A DNA stretch of 64,000 bases from a virus. Its lineage: Duplodnaviria > Caudoviricetes. A model generated the notes under the pieces. That model was not told the origin of the DNA. It was given only the letters and a program-made list of their open reading frames with translations, and made no database searches. Below, piece by piece: positions 31,101 through 37,223 of this stretch. Made by a program: the position numbers and the translations under genes. Positions within the stretch are counted from its first letter, which is position 1, and each line of letters starts with the position of its first letter. The DNA lies in IMG/VR virus record IMGVR_UViG_3300027881_000012, positions 1,065-65,064 of that record; one strand, written 5' to 3'.

Positions 31101-32418
31101 AAAAGATACCAGGATATTTGACTTCGCGTTCTTCCTGGTCTAATTCTTTCCAATCATCGGGGAGTTTATAGTCTGGATTGTCTTTATAAAACTGCTCAAT
31201 ATCTTTTTGAACATTCAAGTTGCGCTCAATAGTTTTTTTGCGCAATTCCTCCATGTTTTCGGGCGGATTAGACCAGGTTACAATATCATTCGGCCGCTCC
31301 CTTAACATGGCGCCGTGTTTTTCGGCCTCGGAAAAAATCAAATCATCTACTAAATGGCCAGTTCCCCACAAATCGGATGCCTCTTGCTGGAATCTGACTT
31401 TATAGGCCTCTTGTTTTTGAACATTATCGGGGTGCGCTTTTTTCGCAATTTGATCTACTACTGAGTCCAGGCCTTTTTTTTGCTTGGTGTCTGCCTGTAA
31501 CCATAAATAATAATTCGTGGTATAAAGGCCTTTCTGATATTCCTTAAATCCGGTATAGCCACCAGGGCCCATACGGCTGCCAAATTGGTTTGCAAAGCTC
31601 CCGCCTGCCTCGCCGGTTAGATCCCTTTCTGCGTTTGAGTCTGTATCATCAGCATAGCCGGCGCGTAATTCGTGCAGCTCTCGCGGATCCTCGATCCAGG
31701 GCCCCTTGCCCTCTGGAAATTGAAAATTAGGATCCTTCTCTAATATCCTTTTCTTAGCCTCATTAAGCGTTTTTTGGTGCCGCTTTTCTCGTTCCTTGCG
31801 TTCTTTAGTCCAGGCCCTTACGTCTTTTTTTGCATCCGACCAGCGCCAGGGCTCGGTATCTGCAATTAACGGCCGGCCGGTTTCCGGATCCACTGTCGGC
31901 CCTGCCGGCGCCTCGCCGGTTTCCTCGGCCGCTTTATCGGCCGCGAGCTGTTGCTCTAACTCATCTGCTGGCCGGCCCTCTAACTCGGCCATTTCCTTTT
32001 GATAGGCCTGTTCGAAAGGAGTAATCGGCCGCTCTGCCAGTTCCTCTTTAAGTATGGGCTCGCCCAACTGCCCAGGGGCGGCCATGAATTCGCTTGCCTC
32101 GCCTGGTCCTGGGATCCCTAAAGGCTCTCGCTCCGGTGCGACTCCCTCGCGCTCGGCTCTCAAATCCTCTGTTAAAGGCGTTGCCGGTTTTACTGGCTCC
32201 TGGGCCTCGATGGCCTCTTGCCGGCGCTGTTCTGTTTCGATCTCTGCCGGCGGTACCTCTTTTGGTGTAAAAAACTCTTTCGCCCTGGCAAAAATGCCCT
32301 TTTTCTTTTTTTCTTCCTCATCCTCAAAGGGGTCATAATCGAGGGGATCGCCGGAGTGATAATCTCCAACATCTTCAAAAGGATCGTAATCAAGTGATTT
32401 GCCTGTTCGATAGGCCAT
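16192..32418 (-). CDS. Giant DarB-like polyvalent virion protein: ParB-like (DdrB-type), SAP-like, N6-adenine MTase, Strawberry-notch SF2 helicase, RadC/JAB, zincin metallopeptidase, large C-terminal domain
   Basis: SHNP..FQP...Q.R.Y...GPPIV...SGNSR (about 28.4-28.2 kb); QFSTP, EPSAG.GG, NPPFS (about 26.0-25.7 kb); GTGVGKGR, DESH, SATG, GRSHRSNQ (about 24.0-22.3 kb); HNHPS...PS.ED (about 20.65 kb); HE.FGHHG (about 19.7 kb). Confidence 0.88.
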   Translation of the reverse strand: MAYRTGKSLDYDPFEDVGDYHSGDPLDYDPFEDEEEKKKKGIFARAKEFFTPKEVPPAEIETEQRRQEAIEAQEPVKPATPLTEDLRAEREGVAPEREPLGIPGPGEASEFMAAPGQLGEPILKEELAERPITPFEQAYQKEMAELEGRPADELEQQLAADKAAEETGEAPAGPTVDPETGRPLIADTEPWRWSDAKKDVRAWTKERKEREKRHQKTLNEAKKRILEKDPNFQFPEGKGPWIEDPRELHELRAGYADDTDSNAERDLTGEAGGSFANQFGSRMGPGGYTGFKEYQKGLYTTNYYLWLQADTKQKKGLDSVVDQIAKKAHPDNVQKQEAYKVRFQQEASDLWGTGHLVDDLIFSEAEKHGAMLRERPNDIVTWSNPPENMEELRKKTIERNLNVQKDIEQFYKDNPDYKLPDDWKELDQEEREVKYPGIFWGETISTNIVNSFLSIGTYMGVQTATKSPGLATLMAGAVLFPQFVKEIDAELTELERREGIKVPDEVKSDLTLIGAIPSAFIEGLGERLGFGPALLKHFGKNVGKKAMKRELIRLFVQKAMSKKGAQLAKKGVWAVARPTLWTAKQSGAGYVEEGGQKMVSNAAAQFVGSERSLFEGVHEQGRIGAVMEPVLGGPAASTQYGYGVVAERRAKKKVEAAGKEARDQIDRLLKDYDGQTAEDILLDEDLAPEAAAERVPAEEIPPTAPREFVGAEGIEAEEVAAEFTAEELEAAAAEAPEVAPAVEVPAEPVTALVPEKAPPAKAPPKAPEGIIRVAQVEAEREAPTRIAPSKRKTFQALADEMGEKSGAKIRFDNVIYQNEKPVGLQMTVTSGAAKGATFTLSGRAHKTKAEAQRFVDTVIKGYAQALEAKKKGEPFKEIAGIIKKAQKPEALKKEYNDLVASLSPEQKKSVLDLIKDKDMALKEKLGLMRADLAAFEMKKAAPPAPPKKVEVVPEKPPAAPPPVKKLGPRWKAAPAAKAGEPSFILDTGAGLVEHKLPEGTLIELVSPEGASLGMFKDRPSAATAAEDMFEEPTAAAPPAKPAAPPPPAPALPKGAAATQRIVREFAKNQAAVKGVMPALRKMAGLKAWDKMSAEEQLAEARAQVERDVANIPADMERLGINTIAEYATDRALDPLDPLNEFYAELLRRQGYEVEAGKTVKPPAELEAAPPEMPAVPEEKPDLKGGPRVAPQRATTPEPTSPPEATLPAKPWEEFVKPGGVEESYVKIALGVLDPRSYETIDKARQWIVDKRDEANAYTKELEEKGVTENPVLKYDHFKRKAAYMDDLLDKLRPIAEKFYPKPISKKAETRIITPQNAEGHRAHYTVVEAGTLFPSHNPETFQPYGDYPEGIQERAYHSDTAEQAKVITNANKLDPRILLSDDPTPTSGPPIVDQSDFVISGNSRTMSIQLAFKDPKKAARYKNQLIAAASKFGLAPKDIKPMKQPVLIRRIRIESEYVMRALAREFNETMTQGMGQAAETASMGKAIKPATMEKIGIRLTDREISLRELLGKKDGLEILGWLIDDGAISATQKNVYLNEKGDLLNKRGKEVIELAIFGNIVDDLDLINSAQKSHLNKIEKSLAELAKVKARGGKWDITSDLKEGLRLATAAQAQDLSVRDLLAQQPLFEAKPEYTVVTEKLADLLIKDKPTRHKERWKAYATDAAADTKKQVQMFKPKTQEESLQEHFEIDLAAPPEVAAPVEAPPPTITTKTDGEILAGRIQRGEIDLSHRQLTAFSKPDLVEAAQILGIKATGTKGVLIRRIVDEAPKVEAPPAEAAPEEKPLAELPFLDDEIGTVRSIRETESKLIAKGENIGVLTQLWRPTADAAPGAQSTVRVVDKDAGEVVAITQYPNYAAARLGFIQARNADVIAKPPKRTDDARTEATGILAGKIKQAEDKGIKFYFPEDAPRAMTEDDFMELVGAVSGGYAERLVLEKDVVPLMPGRWRVEAEAPAEKKTAFEVFYGEPIESQTAEKIQDVFDTAVETMQRFQAGEKDFTQNDYDLALATTQEIEKYRPAEAPAPAEKAAPEHEKAAGSTKLANWINTKLVKDESITWRDLFKQADIDFAGTQAQGKYTPKDAYDAMEQGVNIYVHDQLTMRDPENAVENIAWLKDTIAKLPTQTKRTREQGEFQQFSTPPPLAYVANWVANIKENDAYLEPSAGVGGLAIFGRQIVGDNIVVNELDKRRAALLGEMGFKTVFTEDASQLDNILPETVKPTVIVMNPPFSATAGRVLGKRATKFGADQIEQALARLEDGGRLVAIVGKGMADNAPAFTKWWKGIKKDYTVSANVGISGQEYKKYGTTFDNRLIIIDKTGPQAYNLVSGKVDKIEDLIPLLEGVRNDRQTIYKPGEELEPVAGVAPVEQIPETERPGAEPPGAPPAAIPGVGPGVRPGEPGATPGIEISGAIEPPTEPGGRLPEIEGAGIEPGEPARPGERPGERIRPGDEREREGIPEAPDLSLDDLDALINEVIEEEDLTAKPAGGKKAAPKKPPVKGKIPKTDQGQFAAIANIIGNIKEPTAEYKPTVKAKELDLMTQTWAEEIGKYGTEKAQDTRGILKQLIEPLSNIADSDPIEMNVPGLEQDIFFANQKDARDFLEAYDAVLDDYLAYGGLINQAGAAPRSIQTLDNITTKIFPKTQLEAAAEVREPAAAFEALLHPQAYEQAKPILDANYTEFKGERKEWIRYVLVNLAKYNIDPEVGRNWIKYYYTTDRPDLARAPAPVRKDLIQARKKKREKIKASLYEEYQPNVEVKGARPHPTPLVETAALSDTDLPKATYKPDLPKHILKPTKKSAGISNVQLEFSIYAGQAHERFLPDGTRMGAFAGHGTGVGKGRIIASIMMDNWNKGRKKAIWLTEKQSLLNDASRDIIEMGWSEGAKALVNLNKAAAAGGKVKAKHRDNTILFSTYSTLGQGFKKINLNKPESFDDMRARINQIVEWAGADYDGVIAFDESHNMANSMQEQGARGRKPTADKALAGVLLQTMLPKARVIYVSATGATKVSNFAYAERLGLWGEGTSFADKRAFIAEINKSGLAAMEMIARGMKARGLYMAPSLSYDGVIYDRLVHELTEEQTDIYDKLAEAWQVIMRNTEAALELTNGNKSGRAKMAARGRLFGTQIRVFDSIMTAMQMPSLIRKMEKNIADGESVIIQLTQTNDAAVQRALERRQEGEDLEDLDFTPRIAISEYLQRAFPIEQYEIRTDKDGNEYAVLVRDEAGDPVENRQAVAMRDAMLREIGALRIPDSPLDQLFNVFGTDKIAEVTGRKSRVVKDLETGEYINQKWSLAKAKADVEAFKNDEKQILIFSEAGGTGVSYHADKRYKNQRLRQHYLLQPGWKASTAVQGLGRSHRSNQRQAPKYTLITTNLKAQKRFVTSIARRLDQLGALTKGQRQAGSQGIFQARDNLESDYAREALVQTFEDMVAGTLEMSAEDFQHQTGLQIVDERTGRLTGELPEMTKVLNRMLSMTINSQNTFFGDISDRLDRIIQAHAEAGTLDVGIETIDGLAVEKESERVVHTDPESGAETKYVRVSVTEPSRRVAFEDVSHLNFYQNIKSGRVWAAGETRDRTTTTGSIIAYRKMQSPNDTIQRQDESILTDEDKWIKLADKPDLSPARIWAAEYANIPETTDRDIHLITGDLLSVWDRLVGFATVYRMETDAGERLLGRVIHPNVLDQVLTNLGASADAPQVKSGVLGAKILGGARVTLANGWAFKKSMVSGDERIELLDFGHRDIDLLEKQGAIIEEINFKTRVFIPTKNNKKIFDRILLNRPVTNIAGGYQGPRIADTTLSEASAEFAGKVAKKIQAGKKAIQMDLLEYAQSAKTEKAVEALPEPTQKVEIRSTGEMGFESHVIANAEDAAAFIQPITEQAQEKGYMISVDAQGNIKEVHFIAKGARGAVGIPIVETVGRLFNTPGVTKAYFIHNHPSAEADPSPEDRAMAYTLIEMAAAGGVEIENIIVGGDVWALYSPISAAPSVKRKGKIRKTTRKTTIPIVERFIERGKRRGGPISNSGELTAHLEKYYNDRQGYLFLDNKLNDLGFVEFTPGQTASENLKEIIAEGERLNASVFIFNSKGTDAELNSRMKFLTEWNENVGGNMMQLFEFRHNGVSFADQGKVPSPKKTQDILDQKVAPITFDYILGDSPVFARKLIAPADPVTVEDVNTTVETVTAQWAAPGPKIRVYKEQQGLPPEVMDFIKEDGRENSIITGAYYKNTIYLVADNIGSNEEIVTTILHEGFGHHGLRGTLGKEGKDVFKVLRDLYIAKKNEVDKIGRELGFDLTTMDGQMQAAEEWFANQAQLGIKSKWYDRLVAAIRNWLRKLDLDIKLSNPEIRALIAAARQFTLTGQRVSAFPGQTPAFKKKKYGKAIDYGGILPEDVARRMAAAKGVGKGSFMATTKEKLAELKMERAHFPGLEKIENKKQRAQLADILRIHQEIPENARSITAEKMKDFIKDLSTDAYDIYTMNIILADMMRDIKTGLLNDQMLREGETLPFGFKTIQDVQTADAQFKRLAEIHPEIATALSDRKAYIDNMVGQLVKFKILKKEVLQHEDYFHHQVLQYWGLKDTNKGVSTGSADVRQHWRPWMAARKGSLLDYNTEYIEAEFTALSQQLGQLETAKTLERIKRQADIYGQLKDQAKRENLTNFYKQAARQLSIQFKTEITVGEVMADSKLDPLFPYRQKIAMASSQLENMAFNDKLGGDSEFADIIDQLAEIKRAKKEDLEGAPAGISDARYFDFLAYLVRTGQPGASWAATIFKNIHARNKHVQTALGKNFLTFRQLIPEGYEEWKPEPGKGWFWANTLADNVLQQVIAGERDLQDNDVKQILAKGRDIIWVMPTGLTETLDNFKAQIEQRMVGRISEASLRMWKQYILINPMRVMKYNINNMSGDLDITLAYNPKILKGFFKSLRDLRAFNKGKAGAAVKAELQLARKLGVTGSGWAVQEVEEITKKMGTDKFVRQIIMGEKPNIAMRYWQLAKGATTTRENILRLAAFRHFKQEIAKGKRVYGASKPDEIDAIQNDTERAAKLSRELVGDYGNISSSGQWIRKRLMPFYSWMEINSPRYVYMLRNVRYEGREPGARPLAIASKKALTKGLAYGAKAAMLYTLINIYNHLLWPEEEEEFGKSGRRQLHLILGRREDGSIMSIRFQGALSDTLSFFGLEDFPEDVKELWKGEKTIQQKLIEVPKALVTRLFHAIRPEPKMLMEAATGYATYPDPFSPRPIRDTKEHILRTFSLDAIYRRARGRPGRGKSMATHFLSDLERLVVYNSDPGEQAYYDTRNMIFDWKKDKGIEVSYGKPTNRGNALYYYKQALKFGDFKAAERYLMKYYDLGGKPSSLKQAIKQSHPLAGVKKMDRFKFKKDLNPAQLKTLERAIKWYDLTYRKEEPRKLRYETRRKFLKKKAAERAR
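25029..25388 (-). CDS. Nested (overprinted, +1 frame) 119-aa helical protein inside the giant gene
   Basis: GGAGGG SD 8 nt before the ATG; protein-like L/Q/N/E composition; coincides with the P/G/E-rich linker of the outer frame. Confidence 0.65.
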   Translation of the reverse strand: MTDKQYINQAKNLNRLPVSRLSSKFLKQSGQVPNPQELHPLQFLVWAQESGLVNLVQPLESKLAELLNHQPNQVAGYLRLRELESNQENPQDLASDLVNELDQAMSESVRGYPKPPTLA

Positions 32419-32425
32419 AATTCAC

Positions 32426-33598
32426 CTACTTAGTAGCTAATATTGGCTTTGAGTATTTTCCTGTTTCCGGATCCAATTCATACCAGGCTTTAGTTTTCGG
32501 GTGCTGCTTTACATCTTTCTTAGAATAGCCTGGCGGTGTGTTTTCGCCGGCATAGATCTCATTTCCGCCCTTATCCACATAAACATCTCGTTTTTCGGCC
32601 TTGCCCTCGACTCCGCCGGTGATCTTCTCGCGCCGCTTATCGAGTTTAGCCTGGCGTTTATCCAATTCGTCCGGATCCACACTTTCATTAGTACGCGCCT
32701 TATCGATTCGACCTTGCTCGGCCTTTATTAATGCGAGCTGGTGTTTTTCGCCTTTGCGCGTCCGCTCTTTTTTCGTTTCTGCTTTCTTTTCGGCGGCCTC
32801 TAAACTTTGCTTGTTCTCAGCCTCCGGATGGAAAATAGCAAGGTATTTAAGAAATTCATCGTCATTGGCAAAGGTTTTAGGCTCATCCTCACCAGGAGAT
32901 TCAACCGTGACAGATCCATCATCATTAAAAGTAACCGCCGGCCCTGGCAAAGCCTTTTCGCTTTCCGCGCCGGTTTTCGGATCTCGGCCGACGGTAAATT
33001 TTCGGTGCTGTCCTATTACCTCGCCGGTAACTGGATCCGTTTCCTCGACCATTTCCTCTTTATACGCTGCGAATTCTTGCGACTCTTTCTCACCCTCTGG
33101 CATATCCGGACTTAACGCCGCCCAGGCTTCCTCAACAAGGGCTTTGTTGTGGGATGCCGCGCCTTGTAATAGGCCTCGAAAAGCCTCAATCCGGTCCTCT
33201 TTTTTCTTAGATCGCTTAAACATCTCGGCCGCTTTTTCGCGTTGCTGCTGCTCGGTTGCCATCCTCGAGGCGTGGGTTTCCGCTGCGCGTTCTTCTCCCA
33301 CTGCCGCTTGCTCCGCCTGGGCCTCGGCCGCTTGTTGCTCTGTGGCCATTTGTTCACGCTCTGCCATCTGGCCCGCCTCATACCGGCGCTTTTCTTCGGC
33401 TGCGGCCTCCTCTTGATCCTTGCGAGCTGTATATTTTTCATAGCTCGAGGGCCCGCTGCTGCCTGCAAATCTCACGGATCCGCGCTTATTGCGGGCCTGT
33501 ATTCGATCAATCATGGATCCCAGGCCTTGAACGATCGGCATCATGCTCCGGCGATCGCCGGTGGCTAATCCTGTTCTAAATCCAGATGCAAAACCCAT
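32426..33598 (-). CDS. Putative internal virion/ejection protein
   Basis: GF.SGF..G N-terminus, E/A/K coiled coil, position before the giant gene. Confidence 0.6.
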   Translation of the reverse strand: MGFASGFRTGLATGDRRSMMPIVQGLGSMIDRIQARNKRGSVRFAGSSGPSSYEKYTARKDQEEAAAEEKRRYEAGQMAEREQMATEQQAAEAQAEQAAVGEERAAETHASRMATEQQQREKAAEMFKRSKKKEDRIEAFRGLLQGAASHNKALVEEAWAALSPDMPEGEKESQEFAAYKEEMVEETDPVTGEVIGQHRKFTVGRDPKTGAESEKALPGPAVTFNDDGSVTVESPGEDEPKTFANDDEFLKYLAIFHPEAENKQSLEAAEKKAETKKERTRKGEKHQLALIKAEQGRIDKARTNESVDPDELDKRQAKLDKRREKITGGVEGKAEKRDVYVDKGGNEIYAGENTPPGYSKKDVKQHPKTKAWYELDPETGKYSKPILATK

Positions 33599-33627
33599 TT
33601 TATTTACCTCCCGTTATTTGTTAAATC

Positions 33628-34701
33628 TTAACGATTTCTTGCGGCGTATGAACCGGCACCCCAGGTTTTATCATAATTCCTTGCCAACTGTTGTTGATAT
33701 ACACTGCCGCCGCTCTGAGTTGTCGGCATGGCGGATCTGCCGGAAATTGGATCATAGCCACCCCGCATGGCCATGCCCGAATAAACGCCGGCCGCCTCGC
33801 CCAGGGGAGCTGTTACCGTTTCACCCATACCGCGAGCTACCCCGCCAGCTGCGCCGGCCATAGAGCTGATTGCCTGGCCGACCCCTGCTTGCTGCCGCAT
33901 TTGTGACTCGGCTAAACCGGTGCGTTGTTGTAGCAGCTGGCCTTTTAATCCCTGTATATCGGTTGCGACTTGTGCGGTTTTCGATGGATCGATCAATCGC
34001 ATGGCCTCGCTGGTTACACCGGTCACGCGCTCTTTTTCGCCTCTGCGGGCCTGGGTGCCTACCTGGGCCTTTGCCAGGGCCTCTGCCCCCTGGATGGTAT
34101 TCATAGCAGATCGGCCCCTGCCGGAAGTGGGATCAATGCCCAGGGATGCCATACGCCTTTGCTCTGCCTGCCGGCCCATCTCCGCCTGTGCGGTTACATC
34201 GGCCATAGCTCTGCCGGCCGCTCCCTCATAATCTGGCTGTGCAAGGCTGGTTAATTGCCTGCCGAGCTCGCGCCGTTGCGTCATTTCCTCGCCGGCCATT
34301 TCGATAGCCTGGTCCGTAAGCCCGCCGAATTTTCCCTTGATATTTTCCCATTCGGTTTCAAGATCCTTAGACAGACCGGAAAAATCAAACGTCTTGCTCT
34401 GCATTTTATCGATGGCCGCCCATCCCTTACTTACGCCCTGCATGGCCTGATTATACATTCCCTGCGTTGACTTCAAAGACTTGCTCCACATATCCATATA
34501 CTTTTTAGCCAGGGGCGCTGCCGATTTCGCCGCCGCCATTTGAGCTGCTGCCTGCGACTCGCCTAACTGCATTTCCCGCGTCATCATCTGCATTTGCATA
34601 TCTTCCATCTGGCGGGCGCGGAGCCGATCCGACTGGCGCTCTGCCTCCGCTCGGTCGCGCTCTGCGGCTCTTTGTCTTAGATAGCGTGCTGTTGACACCA
34701 T
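33628..34701 (-). CDS. Putative DNA ejection (pilot-like) protein
   Basis: Q/A/M/G-rich helical protein; AGRAMADV...RRMASLGIDPTSGR. Confidence 0.65.
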   Translation of the reverse strand: MVSTARYLRQRAAERDRAEAERQSDRLRARQMEDMQMQMMTREMQLGESQAAAQMAAAKSAAPLAKKYMDMWSKSLKSTQGMYNQAMQGVSKGWAAIDKMQSKTFDFSGLSKDLETEWENIKGKFGGLTDQAIEMAGEEMTQRRELGRQLTSLAQPDYEGAAGRAMADVTAQAEMGRQAEQRRMASLGIDPTSGRGRSAMNTIQGAEALAKAQVGTQARRGEKERVTGVTSEAMRLIDPSKTAQVATDIQGLKGQLLQQRTGLAESQMRQQAGVGQAISSMAGAAGGVARGMGETVTAPLGEAAGVYSGMAMRGGYDPISGRSAMPTTQSGGSVYQQQLARNYDKTWGAGSYAARNR

Positions 34702-34703
34702 TT

Positions 34704-35234
34704 TTAGCCTCCAAATTCACCTTGATCGTGTTTTAATTCCCAAATAGAGGTAGCCAAGTCAATTCGTTTGACCCGCTCCACATTTCCCTCGATCGTGAAA
34801 TAATGGCGCCTGCCTCGATAGCCTCCTGGCAATTTGAAAATTTCGGTTGTGTATAATTGCTTGGTGTGCCGGAGCACATCATTTGTATACAATTTAAAAA
34901 TGATCTCCAATTCGCCGGCATATACAGGCTCCGCCGGTACTTCCTCGAGATTATCGCCCGCGATCGGATAAAGCGCATGCAGATACCCGCCCTCGTTGCC
35001 GCCGATCGTGCCGAGCTGGCCGGTAGCAAGTTTATCCAGGTTTCTTTTTATAATGGCCTCGCGGTCCTCGATCGCTTGCGCGTATTCATCCAGATCGCCG
35101 GTAATAAAGATAATCCGCGCCGCTGCAAAGCGGAGCTTTTTAGGATATAGGAATTCCTTTGACTTCCAAAACATATTGCCGAGGGCCTGGGTTTCGTCGC
35201 CCTCCCACTGCCAAATAGCATTTGCAAAGCCCAT
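34704..35234 (-). CDS. Tail protein, probably the detached C-terminal part of the 37224..38795 nozzle/stabilisation protein
   Basis: IWQWEG...WKSKEF...FKLPGGY...IEG...LATS..EL. Confidence 0.55.
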   Translation of the reverse strand: MGFANAIWQWEGDETQALGNMFWKSKEFLYPKKLRFAAARIIFITGDLDEYAQAIEDREAIIKRNLDKLATGQLGTIGGNEGGYLHALYPIAGDNLEEVPAEPVYAGELEIIFKLYTNDVLRHTKQLYTTEIFKLPGGYRGRRHYFTIEGNVERVKRIDLATSIWELKHDQGEFGG

Positions 35235-35236
35235 AT

Positions 35237-37219
35237 TTAGCTCCTAAGTACCATCCAATTAAGCACATAATTAACGGAGTTTGTTGCAGCTGAAAACGTC
35301 GCGGTAAAGCCGGTGGTGGCCTTTGCTGTGATAACCGGTACCAAAAAAAGCGGGCCGCCATCGACCGTGTTTTCCATCGTGCAAAGCACCTGGTAATTAG
35401 CGTCGGCATGAGCGGTGCCGAATGTTACCGCCACCGAGCTCACGGCGTTGCCGATCGCCTGGGCGCCGGTTTGATCGCCTTTCAATTCCAGGGTATCGGC
35501 GCCGACCGTCACCTTGACAACATTGTTATACCTCAAATCAACTCCGCCGTCTGGCTGTGCATCTATCATTGTGTGTACGGTGGGGCCTGTGACCATGCCC
35601 TGTATGTGCAAATCTCCGCCGACAAATTGATTGGTTATATAAATGTGACCGGCATCGTGAACCATAGTAAAGTAATTGCCGTCTGATCCGCCTATATATA
35701 TTTTCGCATTTTCGGCTTTTAGCAGTGACCAACCATCGGACACTAACTCAACCAGGCCATCGGTGCCGGTGTCCGTTACCTCAACCTTTGTGTTTAAAAC
35801 CTCGATTTTGGTATTGGTTATGGCTGCGATCGCATCGAAAACCGCCCCGCTGGTGGGTAGGTGCGTATCATCGTCGGTGAGCGTGGTTTCTATGTCATTG
35901 ACCGCCGCGCCGGCTGCAAGTTGAAGACCGCCGGATCCGGTAATTTGAAATATTCCAGAGCTGGCAATATATTTAAGCGCGTCCGGATCTATGTCTGGCC
36001 CGATAGTTAAATCCTCGCCGGTGGCTTGAAAAACATAAAAATCGATCGTATCGTCACTGTCGCCCGCTGTGTAAATTCTTGATATGCCGCCCTGGGCGGT
36101 CGTTGATCCAAATATGTCTTGCACTCCGCCGATAATATTATCAAAACCGAGCTCTAAACCGCCGCGCATAAATACCGGATTAGCAGTATTGAAAAGCCAT
36201 TTAGCATTGGCGCTATCATATTGCAGTGCGTCGTTGTCGTTGTTCGGACCGAGATAAAAGTGCCCATCGTCTACCCAAAAGAAATAATGATCCACTACGC
36301 CATCGGAGCTGGCGCCGTTATAGATCTTCAAAGATCCGCCGGTTAGTGAATTGCTGCCAAAAATATGAACCTGGGCCGCCCTAACATCGTCTTGGCCGAA
36401 ATGTATCTGGCCGCTTGCCGGATAAAAATCAACCGAGGCCGCTGTAATATCTGCGATAACGGCACCATCGAGCTCAAAGGCAATTTGACCGGTGCCGGCG
36501 TCAATCACTTCAACCGAGGAATTACCCTCATGGATCTTATCGGCCTCTATGCCCGCGATCGCATCAAAAACCGCGCCGGAAGTCGGTAAATGCGTATCAT
36601 CGTCAGTGAGCGTGGTTTCAATATCGTTTACACTGGCGCCAGATTTTAATGTCATGCCGCTTGAATTCAACTGAAATTCTAAAACTGCCGCGATCTCGGC
36701 GTTTATCGTGCCTGTTTGGAGCACTTCAATATGAGTGTCGCCGGCGCCGGTAGATCCTAAGATCTGCGCATCTGCTTTGATGCTCAACCATTCATCGGTG
36801 CCGCTCATTATCCTAAATGCTGGATCTGAGCCTATGCCCATTCTCGCGTGGAGCGCCGCCTGGCGCCCTATAAATATCGTACTGTTTGGACCGTCTAAAT
36901 CTAAAACTAATTGAAGTGCTGCCGTTTCTCCTTCATAGACGGTGTACTCCTGGGTGAGTCTTTTTAGGCTTGCAATCAGATCTCCATCGATAGTGGTATC
37001 AACCTGGCCAGTGCCCGCGTCGATAACCTCAACGGAGCTATCGCCCTCAAAGATTTTATCCTCGGCGCCGAATGAGGCCTCCAATGTTACCAGCTTAACC
37101 CGCTTGTTTTGATCTTCTACCTCTGCCTCTAAGGGATCGATAACCTCAAATTGCAAATCATCGTGCAGATCGCCGCCTGTGACTTCTACCATCCCGCTTA
37201 TTTTTAGATCGTCGGCCAT
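35237..37219 (-). CDS. Tail fibre-like repeat protein
   Basis: MADDLKISG N-terminus; repeats DKIxEGxSSVEVIDAGTG and VNDIETTLTDDDTHLPTSGAVFDAIA (x2). Confidence 0.7.
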   Translation of the reverse strand: MADDLKISGMVEVTGGDLHDDLQFEVIDPLEAEVEDQNKRVKLVTLEASFGAEDKIFEGDSSVEVIDAGTGQVDTTIDGDLIASLKRLTQEYTVYEGETAALQLVLDLDGPNSTIFIGRQAALHARMGIGSDPAFRIMSGTDEWLSIKADAQILGSTGAGDTHIEVLQTGTINAEIAAVLEFQLNSSGMTLKSGASVNDIETTLTDDDTHLPTSGAVFDAIAGIEADKIHEGNSSVEVIDAGTGQIAFELDGAVIADITAASVDFYPASGQIHFGQDDVRAAQVHIFGSNSLTGGSLKIYNGASSDGVVDHYFFWVDDGHFYLGPNNDNDALQYDSANAKWLFNTANPVFMRGGLELGFDNIIGGVQDIFGSTTAQGGISRIYTAGDSDDTIDFYVFQATGEDLTIGPDIDPDALKYIASSGIFQITGSGGLQLAAGAAVNDIETTLTDDDTHLPTSGAVFDAIAAITNTKIEVLNTKVEVTDTGTDGLVELVSDGWSLLKAENAKIYIGGSDGNYFTMVHDAGHIYITNQFVGGDLHIQGMVTGPTVHTMIDAQPDGGVDLRYNNVVKVTVGADTLELKGDQTGAQAIGNAVSSVAVTFGTAHADANYQVLCTMENTVDGGPLFLVPVITAKATTGFTATFSAATNSVNYVLNWMVLRS

Positions 37220-37223
37220 GATA

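Noticed and set aside
20376-32393. Other same-strand alternative-frame ORFs in the giant gene (20376, 22779, 25755, 26283, 27216, 29181, 32190)
   Set aside because: Short or R/P/K-rich shadow composition and no convincing SD, unlike 25029..25388
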